This document shows, in pieces, positions 23,676 to 37,300 of a stretch of 64,000 nt of DNA (positions are counted from its first letter, which is position 1; every line of letters starts with the position of its first letter). Below the pieces are notes generated by a model. It worked only from the letters and a program-made list of their open reading frames with translations. It was not told the DNA's origin and did not search any database. The translations under genes were made by a program, and so were the position numbers. Origin of the DNA: Botryllus schlosseri (lineage: Eukaryota); NCBI GenBank assembly GCA_051294905.1, contig CM119372.1, forward strand, positions 23,128,001 to 23,192,000, read 5' to 3'.

Positions 23676-24040
23676 GTCGTAGGTATTTGTCATTTATCAG
23701 TGCAATATTATGTTACGTGGTGAGATTACCTCTAATTTTTTATCAAATAGATATGATATTGAATTACGTTCTTTTCATAATCAATTCGTCGGTGCTGGGT
23801 TCCTGCACAGAGATCTAGGTACTTTGATTGAAGTCACAAGATCATGGTAAAAGTTTTTTTGGGGAAGATGGGGATCGTCGGTTGTCTATCTATGAGTACA
23901 GTGAAGTATGGTACAAAGCAAATTTATAGTTTTATACATTCGCTCGCAGAAGAGAAGGCATTGTAAACGTTCAGTCATTTACAGTAGGCACTGTGGGGCT
24001 GCGGAAATGCTTATATTCATGCATTGCCACATGTATAAAT

Positions 24041-27000
24041 CTATCTATAAAATATCATGACGACGGAGTCGATCAGCAGACTGTTCAGATTCCATCCGTC
24101 TTGATGGTCTCTCGAAGCGAAATCTCCACAGTAAATGAGGTGTCCAGCAAAGCTCGTGCTCCCGATGCACGGATGTTCGGCATTCGCTTTGGCAGACTTC
24201 ATCTTCACTCCAGGGCATAAGGCGAATGCTCCTGATTCGTGGTTTATAACGCGAAACTAAAAGATAATTTATTTACAGTAGACAGACAAAAACTTTCGAA
24301 AGCTTTAGAATGTTCATTGACATCTATGCAGTGCACTGTGTAGGGCGTGACTTACGATCGCGAGATCTAAACGGGGGACATCTGTGATTTTAGGACAGGT
24401 CGTCAATATAGATGGAAGAATCAATAAGATCAACTACGGTCACGTGTAATTTACCACAGTAGTCGTAATAAAAGATCACGTTTATTACACACAATGTGAG
24501 ACTTAATTTTTTTAAGTGCCTCATCAGCATTGGCGTAACATCTCACGTGTCCAGAATTCACACGATGATATATTTCCGTAACTCACTCACCAATTGCCTC
24601 AACAGTATTGGTATATGGTTTTGACTTGTCGAATTTACGAGAACACGAGAATGGGACGCGATAAAGAAAAACCAAATTAGTACGTGGAACTTTACCTGTA
24701 CGTAACCAGCGTCTACCTCATTCTTGACTTTAGTTGGGTAGAGTCTCAATAATTCCTCGTTACTTCCGCGGTCCCATGCTATGGGAATGGCGGGACCGTT
24801 GTCCAAGTATTTGCGATATTGCTTTGCCTTCAGGTTGTAATGGCGAGAGAACAGAGACGCCAGATTTCCTCCATACGTGCTCATAAATCCGTTGCGTGTG
24901 TGGTATTTCAGAAATGCACTGAACAGAGTAAAAAGCTCATATTCCAGTGGTTCTCAACCTTTTTGCCTTCGCAGACCCCTTTTAGACCATCACGGACCCC
25001 CTCAAGTACAGTTGAAATTTAGCTCGATTATCATGTAATCGTCATAGCTGTCTTGTGGAAATATTATTCATACGCGAGTGATAAACAGTAACAAGATTAC
25101 TTTTTCGTGGAAATAACATCATAATATGTGTGAAAATTCGTTATCAGTAGGCAGTCGTGTCTTGGAAATCCGCGCCTTCAATTTGATGGCGAATGTAGTA
25201 TTAACGCGTATCGCTTCCGACGACACCTTTGGGTATAATAGCAACATATATATCACCAAAATTGAGTAACAGATTTTTAATGAACGTTAAGCCCCGGCCA
25301 TTTCCATGTTTGTTTGTTTGTGGTATTCATGGTGTTTTTCAACTACAATGGTAATTTACACCAGGCCCATATTCTTCAATTTGGTTTCGTATCTGCCGAC
25401 ATGCAGCACGACCCACCCACTTCTAGTCTTTTTGTGGACACCGCTTATGCGGATCGCACGGCGAGGATGAACCTAAATTCTGGAGTCGACCTCGGTCGGA
25501 CTCCAACCCGTAACCCATCGGTGTTGCAGCAGTGGATGTTACCACTACGCTATCTCGCCAAGTCCTTTCCATTTAGCAGCTCAGATCTCACCTTGAATTT
25601 CTTCTGTATATTAGCCTACAAATGAAATTCGATCCGGTGGCGAGGTTTCAGTCCCGTAACTGGGCCAGATTAGGAAAATAAACGTCAGGAATTTCTATTT
25701 CAAACGACTGTTCACTAATTCGCTGACACTGACGATTTCAAATCCAAATGATAACCTTTCGAAGTTACCCTGTTTAACCTTACCACTGCAACTTGATATT
25801 TTCCACAAACTCCATCAACAACAATATGTTTGTATCAGTAGGCTACTGAGACTTTGACAATTAATATGCGTCAGCATAGTAGGATGTTTCATCTCAGATG
25901 GCCAATTGGCCATGCTGTTAATGTGAATCCTGAAGTTTTAGAGGGTATGAAACGAAACTGCTTCGTGATTTCCCTATAATTAAAATTTAAAAATCAGGTA
26001 ATAAATCATTTTCCAAATTTAGAGGCTTCGCGAACCCCCTGAAAATGCTTCGCGGACCCCCGGTTGAGAACCACTGTCATATATACATTGAGGCAGATAA
26101 GAACGAAGTAGGCTAATACTTTTATGGAGTGCTCACTGCTCATCTGCTCAATTACCAATTGCCTAGTTCAGGGGTGTTCACTGTTCAACCTTTTTACTAT
26201 TCACCCCTGCATTTCGATTACATATTACAGAAGGCGTAGCCTATATGTCGTCTGATCAGCTAGAGTTGTAACCTGAGTTCCACTTAATGTGTGGCTATAG
26301 GTAGGTAGATAATACTTAACTCGCAGTGGTAGACGCACTTTCCTTGCGTTAGTCCTTGATCTGTCTACTTCAACGTGAATACAACGACAGTATTGCCTCA
26401 GATAGATATATTGGTCGAATATGTATGGAATATACAGTAGCAGCCTTTGTGGTGTGTTCTGTGCCAGCACTGTTTTTTTTCGATAAATACGTTGAGCATA
26501 TAAGTTTCTAATTCTAGAAGCAGGCCGTCCTTGCACTCGCAGGCTTACAATACGCATCGAAATTGCCAGTAGCCTATGTTAATGTTAGGAGAAGTTATTG
26601 GGTTTCGTTCTCTATAAGTCGCTCGGAACGCGAAAATTTCTTCAACTTCGCGAATAAATTTCGTCGATGATATTGGTAGAATTTGACATCGAAAATCTAC
26701 GAAAGTACACAGCTAATTGTTCCCGACAGAATCGCGTCAGTAGCACGCTTAAATATTACGTTATATAAGCTATTGTCAGGCTGCACTTTACTTCAGGTTA
26801 CCATGTCCTCCTTTAAGAGGATTTTTCCTCCTTTTTCAGGAAATCAATTTATTTTAGTCAACAGGACAACATTTCCAGTGAAACATTGGAATCACCAGCA
26901 GTTTTTAGTCCGGTAATCTGACTTTTATGATATGTAAAAAGTGTCCTCCTTTCCGCGGATTCTAAAACATGGTAACCCTACTCTACTGCAAGGCCATATT

Positions 27001-30000
27001 GCTTTGCGTGCGTGCCTCTTGGTGCTTTACAGCTTGGTCTCTGAAATCACACACTTTGCTCATTTTCACAAAATTTCGACGACTTCCACACTAACAGTAT
27101 CGACCTCTCGTCCCATACCACGTTTTAAACTACTCAGTTCAGTATTGCTCAGATCATTCATTTCGTGGAAATCGCTATAGTTCTACTAAAATCCACATCG
27201 GGGATCCAATTAGAATTGATTTAGTGATTATTTTTTGAATATCGATATATAATTTATGTTGATAAAACAACTAAAGTACAAAGTACATGCCTGCTTTCAA
27301 ACTCCGTCATCGGAGTGTCATCTGGCACTTGCCATACCATGATGTCAGTGGCATTCATTGCGAAGTAGCCGGAATTTTTGTAATCGTCACTACTCGCGGA
27401 CGAAGCGGATCCATGTGTCGCTCTGTTCTCCCAGAATCCGTCACCGTGCAGACGTGTCGTACTAAAACCTTGTTCAGATGACCATCTATCGCCGGCTGTG
27501 CATCTTCCTTTCAAGTTATTTTCGTGAACAGAAGCAACTAGACTCCAACCTCCACCTGCTGTGATCATGTCACAATATGTCCTGAATACGTTGCCCTAAA
27601 TTATTGAAATCGTTATTTAGTATGTAGGTAATTATCGTAACGAATCCAGCCTATACTGCCATCTCGCTATTTTTACTTTTCATTCAGTGAGCATGCCTCT
27701 CTTTACATCGCCTGGGCCAAGGAGGGTGTCTGATTTCAAAGACTAGTCCAAGTTGTTTCGACACCTCCCTATCTTTTCATTGTATCGCAATTTTGTGGTG
27801 TATTGAACTGATAAAAATTCTAATAAACCAAACCGAAGCAGTCGACTAACACAGTCAAAACCTATCCCCATGAGCTCGCCCGCAAACATTACCGAGGTCG
27901 AAGATTTCGACCAATATGCGATGGTAATTTTGGGCAAGGGGGTTCTATATAGAACAATGCATGCATGTCGGCAATTCGAGGTCATCATGTTCCGTCTGCT
28001 CTCCGGCCATTGTAGGCTTAACGCCCATTCGTTCAAAATAGGATGTTCAGACACTCCGCTATGTCTTCATTGCAAATTTGCCGAAACCGTCGACCATTTT
28101 CTACTGAATTGTGCAAGATAGGATTTTCAACGGTCCTTTCCCATTGAGTCATGCCATAATCATGACATACCATTCACGACTTATAACCTCTTGGTCCAGC
28201 CCGAACTATTAACCCCTGTGGCTGAATTCGTGCTATTATGTCGTAGAATCCTTTAAGTTTTGATTCGTATAGCCGAGGTTGAATTACATTGCAAGGGTAC
28301 TTATACAGGGAGGTAATTTCAGACCGTATTGCACCAGACCCTTGGTAAATAAGCGCCACTACAACTTTTAACCATATTAATAATAACAATAAACTGTAGC
28401 ACATCTCATGTCCGGCTGTGGTGCACTTGCAGCTACCGAATACACATGGAGACACAATAGGATTGGTCACTACATTCATCTTGAATTATGCAAACATTTT
28501 AACATCACCACTTCGACAAAAAATTGGTACGATTACAGCGCAGCACCAGTGAAAGAAAACGAACAAGTAAAAATTCTGTGGGATGTACCAGTTATAACTG
28601 ACCGCGAAATCAGAAGCAACCGCCCGGATATAATCGTCAAACTAAAAAATAAAAGAGAATGCTTATTCATTGAACTGGCTGTCCCAGCTGATCACAACCT
28701 ACTGCAAAAAGAATCAGAAAAACACTCCAAATACGCAGACCTCAAAATGGAATGTGAGAAAATGTGGCGATGCAAAATAAACATTGTACCGATAGTCATT
28801 GGCTCTACAGGGGTCGTGAGCAAAAAAATCATGAGACATATCCAACAAATTCCGGGTAACGTTCGATTCGACATGATCCAAAAGATCACATTATTGGGCA
28901 CTGTGCACATTCTTCGGAAGGCCTTGAATGCACCACTGGACTAAAATTACACTTGTGAATCACAGCATAATTTCTGTAATTTCGATTCTTAATCTTCAAT
29001 CATCTCTACCTCATCATTGGTTTATTAGCAATTTTATCAGTTCAATACACCACAAAAAATGCGATACAATGAAAGAAAGGAAGATGTCGAAGCGACTAGG
29101 TTGTCTATGGAATCTGACACCCACCTTGGCCTAGGCGATGTAAAGAGGAGGCATGCACACTGAATGAAAGTAAAGAAGATAGTATAGAAAAAGAAAGCGA
29201 CAAGAAATAGGGCGGCATGTCATGGGAAGCGAGATCGATAGGTCAGTCGTGGTCCGGTAATCTTGAGGATGGACTGTACCTCTGCTCTGTAACCCATGCC
29301 AATTCTTCATCTGCTGCAATTCTGTAATCTGACTTCTCCGTGTATTGCATAGGAATAACAATTTGAATGTATTACTGAAATTTTAAAAATTTACTCCAAT
29401 CTCGCCATTTTCCTTTGGGGGCAGGTTGCTCCCCGGATTATGTGTGTATCTACCAGTTTTACTGTGAATAAAGAATATAATAATAATAATAATTGGCGCT
29501 ACAGGGGTCGTAAGCAAAAAACTCATGAGACATATCCAACAGATTCCGGGTAACGTTCGATTCGACATGATCCAAAAGATCACGTTATTGGGCACTGTGC
29601 ATATTCTTCGGAAGGCCTTGAATGCACCACTGGACTAAAATTATACTAGTGAATCACAGCATCATTTCTGTAATTTCGATTCTTCATTTTCAATCATCTC
29701 TACCTCTGCTCTGTAACCCTTGGCAATTCTTCATCTACTGCAATTCTGTAATTGACTTCTCCATGTATTGCATAGGAATAACAATTTGACTGCATTACTG
29801 AAATTTTAAAAATTTACTCCAATCTCGCCATTTTCCTTTGGGTGCAGGTTGCTCCCCGGATTATGTGTGTATTGACCAGTTTCTTACTGTGAATAAAGAA
29901 TATAATAATAATATAGAGCATGTTTATTAAGCCCATACATCCTTTTGGCAGCCCATTTCGCGGCGTCGCATGTTTGGTCTAGACTTTTTGTACTTAGGTA

Positions 30001-31456
30001 TATGTCCCGTCGCCTAAACGACCGGTGCTTTATATTACCGTACCCCGATAAAATCTCATGTCCTGGTCTTGTATGTGGCAGTTCAGATCACTGAAGCTTG
30101 CGAGTATAGTCTGACTATAACAGGAAGAGGATCATACACTCGGAAAACAACAATACGTATGCATAGTGGCGATATAGCGTGACGTCATTAGGGTTGAGGG
30201 TTCGAGTCGACCGAGGTCGACTGCCGTATTCTTATCTGAGTGTTGGAGGTTTTTCTAGGCTCTTTCCCGCTATGTGATCCGCCTACGCCTGATGAGGTGG
30301 CCAATTATTTTTACCGACGGGTCAAATGAAAATCAGATGATACCTCATCGTACGTCGGTTTCAGATTACGTAATCACGGTATACAAATAAACTAGATTTC
30401 AAAGTAATAAGCGCATTTCCGGACTCGTTTATACAGCAGTAGCTTTTGTCAACACATCAGCATTAATAAATATATTTTATTGTATAAATTCCAAGGAACT
30501 TTTCGCGAGCCGCTCAGAATCGCGTCACGGGCCGCGACCCTGGCTTTTGTCCCACGGGCCGCACAATGCCCATAGGTCCATAGGTCCCATAGGCGTAAGC
30601 GATGTCTTAAAAATCCAAGAAGTGGGCCGCTCTACAAGTCGGCAGATACGAAATCATAATAAATAACACCGCTCTTGTGTACATTGTGCATGACCATTGT
30701 ACTCGAAAAACGCCATTAATATCACAAACAACAACAACAACATATATCGAGGCTCACCTCAAGATCCTGCAGGAAGTAGAGACCGTTCTGTGAAGTATCA
30801 TCAAGATGCTTGATTTCTTTGCAACTAGTAGCGGGATGCATAATTGTTCCCAGATCCGTGTTTTCTTAAATATGGAGACGATCGATTATAAACACAGTGC
30901 AGTTGTGGCAAACTCCAGACGGAACGCGCGATGAAGATGCAATATATGTTACACTATAGATAACTAACCTAACCGTAGGTTACTTATCTATAGTTACACT
31001 TGGAGACACATGGGCGGCTACGAAGCTCTGAGTCAGTTATCGCCAATTCGCCATGCGTTCGAAATGAATGAATTCCAAGTAAAATATCAACGAGCTTCGT
31101 ACCTTCATCCATGCGCCTTATAATTTGTCGCACTTGTTCATAATCGATTTCAGCTGATGACCCAGTCCTGCCGGGCTCTCCTGGCTCCCCCTTTTGGCCG
31201 GGAGCTCCGCGTTTACCCTGCAGGCCATGTGAAATTACCGAAGGGAGTGCTGCGCCATCTTCAGAAGAGCATATGGACTCGTAGGAAGTCAGCAATGTTT
31301 CACAAACGGAATTACTTTGCGCTTGGGACGCTGCGAAGGCGCACAGTGATAACAAAGTCACAGAAACCAATGTCAGAAAACCTGAATATAAGACAATCGG
31401 GACGTTTTCGTGGAATCAGAGGTGCTATTTCTATGAAATTTACACTCACCGTTCAT
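24041..31456 (-). CDS. ITLN: Secreted collagen-containing intelectin (X-type lectin), 6 coding exons, 378 aa
   Basis: Exons 31456-31450, 31381-31103, 30864-30758, 27595-27291, 24918-24696 and 24256-24041 join in frame (1137 nt). Signal peptide, Gly-X-Y stretch, SCKEIK, YCDMITAGGGWSLVASVHEN, GDRWSSEQG, SDDYKN, DNGPAIP, QFRVIN, CGDFA, IFYR-stop. Confidence 0.92.
24945..26076. mobile_element. hAT/Charlie-type MITE in the intelectin intron
   Basis: TIR CAGTGGTTCTCAACC / GGTTGAGAACCACTG; degenerate TSD TCATATTC / TCATATAT. Confidence 0.85.
25307..25559 (-). mobile_element. tRNA-derived SINE
   Basis: Minus-strand head with A box TAGCGTAGTGG and B box GGTTGGAGTCC, and a (CAAA)n tail. Related fragments at ~3640-3830, ~30170-30230 and ~62488-62640. 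Confidence 0.7.
27950..28300 (+). mobile_element. Degenerate LINE 3' fragment (I/Nimb-like CCHC end)
   Basis: RLLSGHCRLNAH...CLHC..ETVDHFLLNC motif. Confidence 0.7.
28391..29478 (+). mobile_element. 5'-truncated R4/Dong-clade LINE with restriction-like endonuclease
   Basis: ORF 28408-28944: SGC..YTWRHN, ILWD, NRPDI, IELAVP, EKHSKY, IVIGSTG. Flanked by (TAA)n. Confidence 0.88.
29013..29276 (-). mobile_element. Short retroposon (LINE 3'-end-like) inserted in the Dong 3' UTR
   Basis: Flanked by TACCTC direct repeats and absent from the second Dong copy. Homologous to ~27660-27835 and 33917-37910 (CGCCTAGGCCAAGGTGGGTGTC core). Confidence 0.75.
29492..29902 (+). mobile_element. Second, shorter R4/Dong LINE copy in tandem
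   Basis: Near-identical to 28798-29478 minus a 270-bp segment; bounded by (TAA)n. Confidence 0.85.
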
Positions 31457-31551
31457 CTTGTCCAACAAGTCGACTGAAGGTAGCACGATCGACTCACGAT
31501 TGAAATTGGTTCAACAAATGCGAAATGAAGCTATAGGGCTTCAGCTGTAGC

Positions 31552-31560
31552 CATTTATAT
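31552..31560 (-). promoter_or_regulatory. Candidate TATA box of the intelectin gene
   Basis: ATATAAATG on the minus strand ~100 bp upstream of the predicted ATG. Confidence 0.4.
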
Positions 31561-31789
31561 CTCTGACGAAAAGCTGTTTGTTTCACCTCCATTTGCGAAA
31601 CTGCGTTGTTGTTTAATCACGTACACTACCGTGATCACGAAAATTTCCTCTTGTATGTTTTTGTTATAGATAATATCATGGTGTTTTGAGCATCGCTAAT
31701 CATGGGCTCCAATTATGACTTAGCGATTAAATCTTAGAAAAACATTGCCGCCCATCGCAACGAAACACAATCAATCTCTTTGTTTAAAC

Positions 31790-32211
31790 TTTACAGCATC
31801 TGAACAGGAACATTCGGTGCCAGTCATTTAGGCGCCCATGGACAATTAAACCTATATGTATCAGCATAAGCGCAGTCCTTTTCGACCAAGGTTTTCTCGC
31901 TGCCGATCGTTTTGGAACACCTCTCGGAGTCGCATGTTACATGGCCTAACATTTTATATCTTGGTGCGTCGTGGCGCGGTAATGGCCAACGCCGATATGC
32001 CCATCTCTATAATTCTTGCCCATGTTTTCTTGGGTGAAGAGTACCCAATAATCAAGATATTTGGCAACTTGAAATCGCGTGGAGCGCGAAAAAATTTTCA
32101 TAAATTTTCAAAAAATAATTGATAATTTATGCTAATTCACGAAATAATTTTGGGCCCCCTTCAAGCTCGCCCCCCAATTGGGGGGTTTGGGGTGCGGCGG
32201 TTGCGGCCCTG
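31790..32211 (-). mobile_element. Partial copy of MITE family C
   Basis: Ends GTTGCGGCCCTG; reverse-complement similarity to 49579-49940. Confidence 0.75.
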
Positions 32212-33256
32212 GTCAGATGCATCAATGTGTTGAGCTCCAACGTATGAAACATTCGTAGCGGTGCATTACACTTGTCTACAAATTTCAAAAAGAAAGTGCG
32301 CCAAAGACTTTGAATATTGATTAAGGCTGATTTTCGGTTGCTGAATCCGATTCCAAGCTCAGAATTTCTCTAAGACGTCGGATGATTTTTTCGCTATGAA
32401 TTTGCCCAATTTCGTAAATTTACCAAATTTCTAGTGCTTGACATGCCCAATTCTGAAAACGTCAGACTGAGACTATCCCTGAAGAGGATATACGAAGGAG
32501 CTTTCATAGTTTCTATCGATATGTTTGGCTTTGATCAGTGGTTTACAAACTATTTTGACTCATCATCCCCTTTTCAAGCCCAACATACCTTTATCGACTC
32601 CTTAAAGCCGCTGGTCCTCATAACGATGAACTTTTACTTTTTGACTACTTAAGTAGGTCTTATTTTCTTGTAATCAGGGCTTTGGAGCTGGCACAAATAA
32701 TAAACTGCTCCAGCTCCGGCTCCGGAGCTCTCTTCTATGATGAATAGCTCCGGCTCCAAGCCCCGGAGCTCATTGATACCGCCGCTCCGGCTCCAGCTCT
32801 TGCTCCGCAAACTATCGAATGGTTCAGTCATGTAGTCAATAAATACCGTTCCGCCGGAGCCCGTCGAGCCGAACCGTTATTTTGTGTGGGTGTGCACAGT
32901 CCGGTGACGTCATGATTACTCTATGTCGACTGTCGAGAACGTCATAGTCGCACGAGAACTAACTCCACGACATTGCTGCGTACCGCATCAAAACACGAAT
33001 GCGACGTTTTAATACCGGCGATGCACTTGATCATATCAAGTCATACAGTTGACTGTAATCTTGAAATCGTGGGATTGTTCAAGTATAGCGCATGTCGCGA
33101 CCAGAAATTCGCTTTCTACCAAATACCCAATGAGTTCAAATTCGATATTGATGCGCTCGTGACCAGTCGGTCCGGGGTCGATCAAGTTTACTGGACAGTG
33201 GACATATAGTTTCCTTCAACAGAACCGAATGAATGCAGAACTAGTGCCACTAAGAA

Positions 33257-33434
33257 TCTGGTGTGCATTGCACCGTGTTAGCCACGAATTAAATCATACG
33301 CCCATATTGCGTGACAATTCAGGAATACGACTGTCTGTAAAGCAGTCTGGTGTGCATTGCACCGTGTTAGTCACAAATTAAATTATACACCCATATTGCG
33401 TGACAATTCAGGAATACGACTGTCTGTAAAGCAG
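33257..33434 (+). repeat. 89-bp tandem duplication
   Basis: TCTGGTGTGCATTGCACCGTGTTAG at 33257 and 33346. Confidence 0.85.
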
Positions 33435-35095
33435 ACAACAATAAATGCACAGAACAGATAATTACATACGGGAAGAGCGCATTCAATCACTAATTCCTCT
33501 CTTTTATTCGGGCATCGAATTGACTAGCTCGTATCGCGAAAATTGTTCGCGGACTATAACGGCGTTCTGGGGTGCGTTTCTCTATTTATGTTCGCGGTAG
33601 GGATGGTGTGAACCCCTGAAAGGTTCAGGGTTCGTGTGAACGCGAACCTTTTTGAAAGGTTCTGTGTGAACGCAAACGTGAACCTATGACGTCATGTGAC
33701 GTCATATCGTTAATTCCAATCCAACATTTCAGTGAAGTGATATTTAAATGTACAATGTACAGCGTACACGATACTTAGCGATGACTCAGGTCACATTATA
33801 CCACAATAATGCTGCAGTACATGCTGACTTTTTAAACATCACCAAATGTATGCACTGGAACAATCAATGCTATAATAATCCCATAAAATCAGTATCTTTC
33901 GTCGCTTTGCCAACATCGACCTCGCCTTCCACCACATGCCAACCTCATTTTGTCGCTTGCGTCTTATATTCTCTGCATTACTTTACATTCAGTGTGCAAT
34001 GTACAATTGCGCATGCCTCGTTTTTGCTTCGCCTAGGCCAGTGGTTCCCAACCTTTCTCGACTCATCGCCCCCTTTTGAAGCTCCACTCCGATCATCGCC
34101 CCCCAAATATTGGGAACCGAAAAATGGTCATACTAACTGGGATCACCGGCGAGTTGACTAATCAAAAAAAGGTCAACTTTTCGGCTCGACCTCGAAATTA
34201 CACTTTTACAGCTAAATTTTCGTGAGTTGACTAAAAAAGGGTCATTTCTCCGACTTGACTCTCATCAGGACCGCAACAGCACTTCGTCAGCCCCCCCCCC
34301 CAAAAAAACAACGTTGGTCTTGGGCCTCCATAGGGTGATAAACCAAACCCCAGACCCCCCTCAGCCATTGGACTTTACGTCGTTACATATCAGCTATACC
34401 CTATTTCATGTAGGCCTACTGTTTGGTGAGTCACCATATTTCGCCTAAACGCGCGAAGCCCGACAAATTTCTATAATTCATGTTTGAATCGGTCAATATG
34501 GTCGGGAATTGCATATATATTGCTATCAATTTTTTATCCTCTCGCAGCTCACGTAATCAGATTTACCGTCACAGCTGAGTGTGGTGTGTTGGAAAAGGTA
34601 GGACCCCTAAATAATGACTAAACATCTTCGGGCGGACCCTTTGCTATATTGATTTCGTTACATGATGCTATTTCGTGACCTATATCTGCTATGTCAAAAG
34701 ATATGGAAATCACCAAAACGTACCAAACTGAAAGACACACGGTTTCAAATTGGTATTTCTTTACTGGCAAATAATTTTTTCCTGCGGAGATGGCATTAGT
34801 CCTTTAGGGTTCAGATCGCCAGGACAGGAACATTCGACGCCAGTCATTGAGGCGCCTATGGACAATTAAACATTTATGTATTTGTATATATATAGGAGTT
34901 TTCGGTCAGCACAAGGGCATCGCTTTTCGGCCAAGGTCTCCTCGCTGTTGTTCGTCCTGGCACACGTTTCGGAGTCGCATGTTACATGGCCTATAACTTC
35001 ATATGTCTTGGAGCGTCGTGGCGCAGTAATGGCCGACGCCGAAGTTTCCATTTCCATAAATCATGCGATTAAATAGTATATTCATATTGAAATGA

Positions 35096-35139
35096 ACCCG
35101 AATATTTTCGGCTGACACTCGTCAGGGGTAATCGTCAGC
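35096..35139 (-). ncRNA. Minimal type I hammerhead ribozyme with palindromic stem III
   Basis: Same core, with GAA-AAUAUU-C giving the palindrome AAUAUU. Confidence 0.8.
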
Positions 35140-35230
35140 AACTAGTAGAGAATTGGAAAGAACATTGTATATCAACAATCGTATCACAAAATATGACGTC
35201 ACCAGCATGAAATTTCGAATGAGAGAGCGT

Positions 35231-36158
35231 TCAATGTACTATTTTTAGGTGATACACGAACTCCTTTTGTTGACAGAGTTTTGGTTGGTGTATTTTGATA
35301 AAAGTTGATTCCAAGGCACACAAATGGAATTGTGAACGGCCTCGACCTACGATTCGAAATCGGTCGTCTCGATAATTATTCGCACAAATCGGATTATCCA
35401 ACAGATGTTTGCCGATGGCAGAATTAATTGCCTTTGATCGATCAGCATCAATCTTAAGTGGATGAGTTAAGGGTGAGCTTTTCACATCGCGTGACGCACG
35501 TGTTCTGATAAATCTGGGGACATGTTGGTTTATGCGGTCCTGCAGACGTCTTGAAGTTCTTCCCACGTAGCCACAATCACAGTGGCACCTATATTCGTAC
35601 ACTACATTACTTTGTTGAAGTGCAGGAAGCACGTCTTTGCGTGTTGAAGGGAGCAGTTGTGTTGTTGTCAAAATCACATTGGTTTTGACTGTATCGTAAC
35701 ATTTACCGACAGCAGAAATCAATTGTTTTTCAAAGCGGGTGGAAATGGGCCCAATCCAAGGTAGATGGATATAAACATCTTTTATTGTTCGTGCGGTGGG
35801 CTCTGTTCGTTTTTCTGCGTTGAATTGCGTTAATTTCCTCTCCATGCCGCGGCTGATGACGTGTTCAGGGTAACCGTTATCAAGTAAGATTTTTCGGATG
35901 TATAGTCAAGTTCTAAACTCAGTTTGTTACCCGAACATATCATCAACGCTCTATGCACGAGTGTGCCTATGAGGTTAATTTTTCTGCGCCGAGGACTAAA
36001 TGAATTCCAGCGAAGGTATTGGCCTGTGAATGTCGGTTTCCTGAAAACAGACGTTTCAAATTTGTTGGTATTGCGCTTTTCAACTAATACGTCCAGAAAT
36101 GATAATGAGTTATTGCGTTCTTTTTCTATTGTGAATTGCAAGGCCGGGTGAAGCGAGT
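35231..36158 (-). pseudogene. Penelope RT thumb + GIY-YIG endonuclease, frameshifted
   Basis: ORF 35231-35845 plus an upstream frame; 2-bp insertion near 35900 relative to the plus arm. Confidence 0.88.
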
Positions 36159-37201
36159 ACGAGGGCGAGCTTCTGTCCCAGCGTGAGTCCGCCAAACGAC
36201 TATTGTACCGCCGATACGTAGATGATACATTTGTCATTTTCAGGAATGAATCGGAGTGCGACCAATTTTTCATTCGCTTAAACTCGCTTCACCCGGCCTT
36301 GCAATTCACAATAGAAAAAGAACGCAATAACTCATTATCATTTCTGGACGTATTAGTTGAAAAGCGCAATACCAACAAATTTGAAACGTCTGTTTTCAGG
36401 AAACCGAAATTCACAGGCCAATACCTTCGCTGGAATTCATTTAGTCCTCGGCGCAGAAAAATTAACCTCATAGGCACACTCGGGCATAGAGCGTTGATGA
36501 TATGTTCGGGTAACAAACTGAGTTTAGAACTTGACTACATCCGAAAAATCTTACTTGATAACGGTTACCCTGAACACGTCATCAGCCGCGGCATGGAGAG
36601 GAAATTAACGCAATTCAACGCAGAAAAACGAACAGAGCCCACCGCACGATCAATAAAAGATGTTTATATCCATCTACCTAATTGGATTGGCCCCATTTCC
36701 ACCCGCTTTGAAAAATAATTGATTTCTGCTGTCGGTAAATGTTACGATACAGTCAAAACCAATGTGATTTTTACAACAACACAACTGCTCCCTTCAACAC
36801 GCAAAGACGTGCTTCCTGCACTTCAACAAAGTAATGTAGTGTACGAATATAGGTGCCACTGTGATTGTGGCTACGTGGGAAGAACTTCAAGACGTCTGCA
36901 AGACCGCATAAACCAACATGTCCCCAGATTTATCAGAACACGTGCGTCACGCGATGTGAAAAGCTCACCCTTAACTCATCCACTTAAGATTGATGCTGAT
37001 CGATCAAAGGCAATTAATTCTGCCATCGGCAAACATCTGTTGGATAATCCGATTTGTGCGAATAATTATCGAGACGACCGATTTCGAATCGTAGGTCGAG
37101 GCCGTTCACAATTCCATTTGTGTGCCTTGGAATCAACTTTTATCAAAATACACCAACCAAAACTCTGTCAACAAAAGGAGTTCGTGTATCACCTAAAATA
37201 G
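36158..37201 (+). pseudogene. Penelope RT C-terminus + GIY-YIG endonuclease with a premature stop
   Basis: ORFs 36203-36718 and 36719-37201 are in the same frame, separated by TAA (CAA in the other arm). Confidence 0.88.
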
Positions 37202-37300
37202 TACATTGAACGCTCTCTCATTCGAAATTTCATGCTGGTGACGTCATATTTTGTGATACGATTGTTGATATACAATGTTCTTTCCAATTCTCTACTAGTT

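Noticed and set aside
25480..25559. tRNA gene
   Set aside because: A/B boxes are present but there is no complete cloverleaf; it continues into a dispersed repeat body with a simple-repeat tail, so it is a SINE head.
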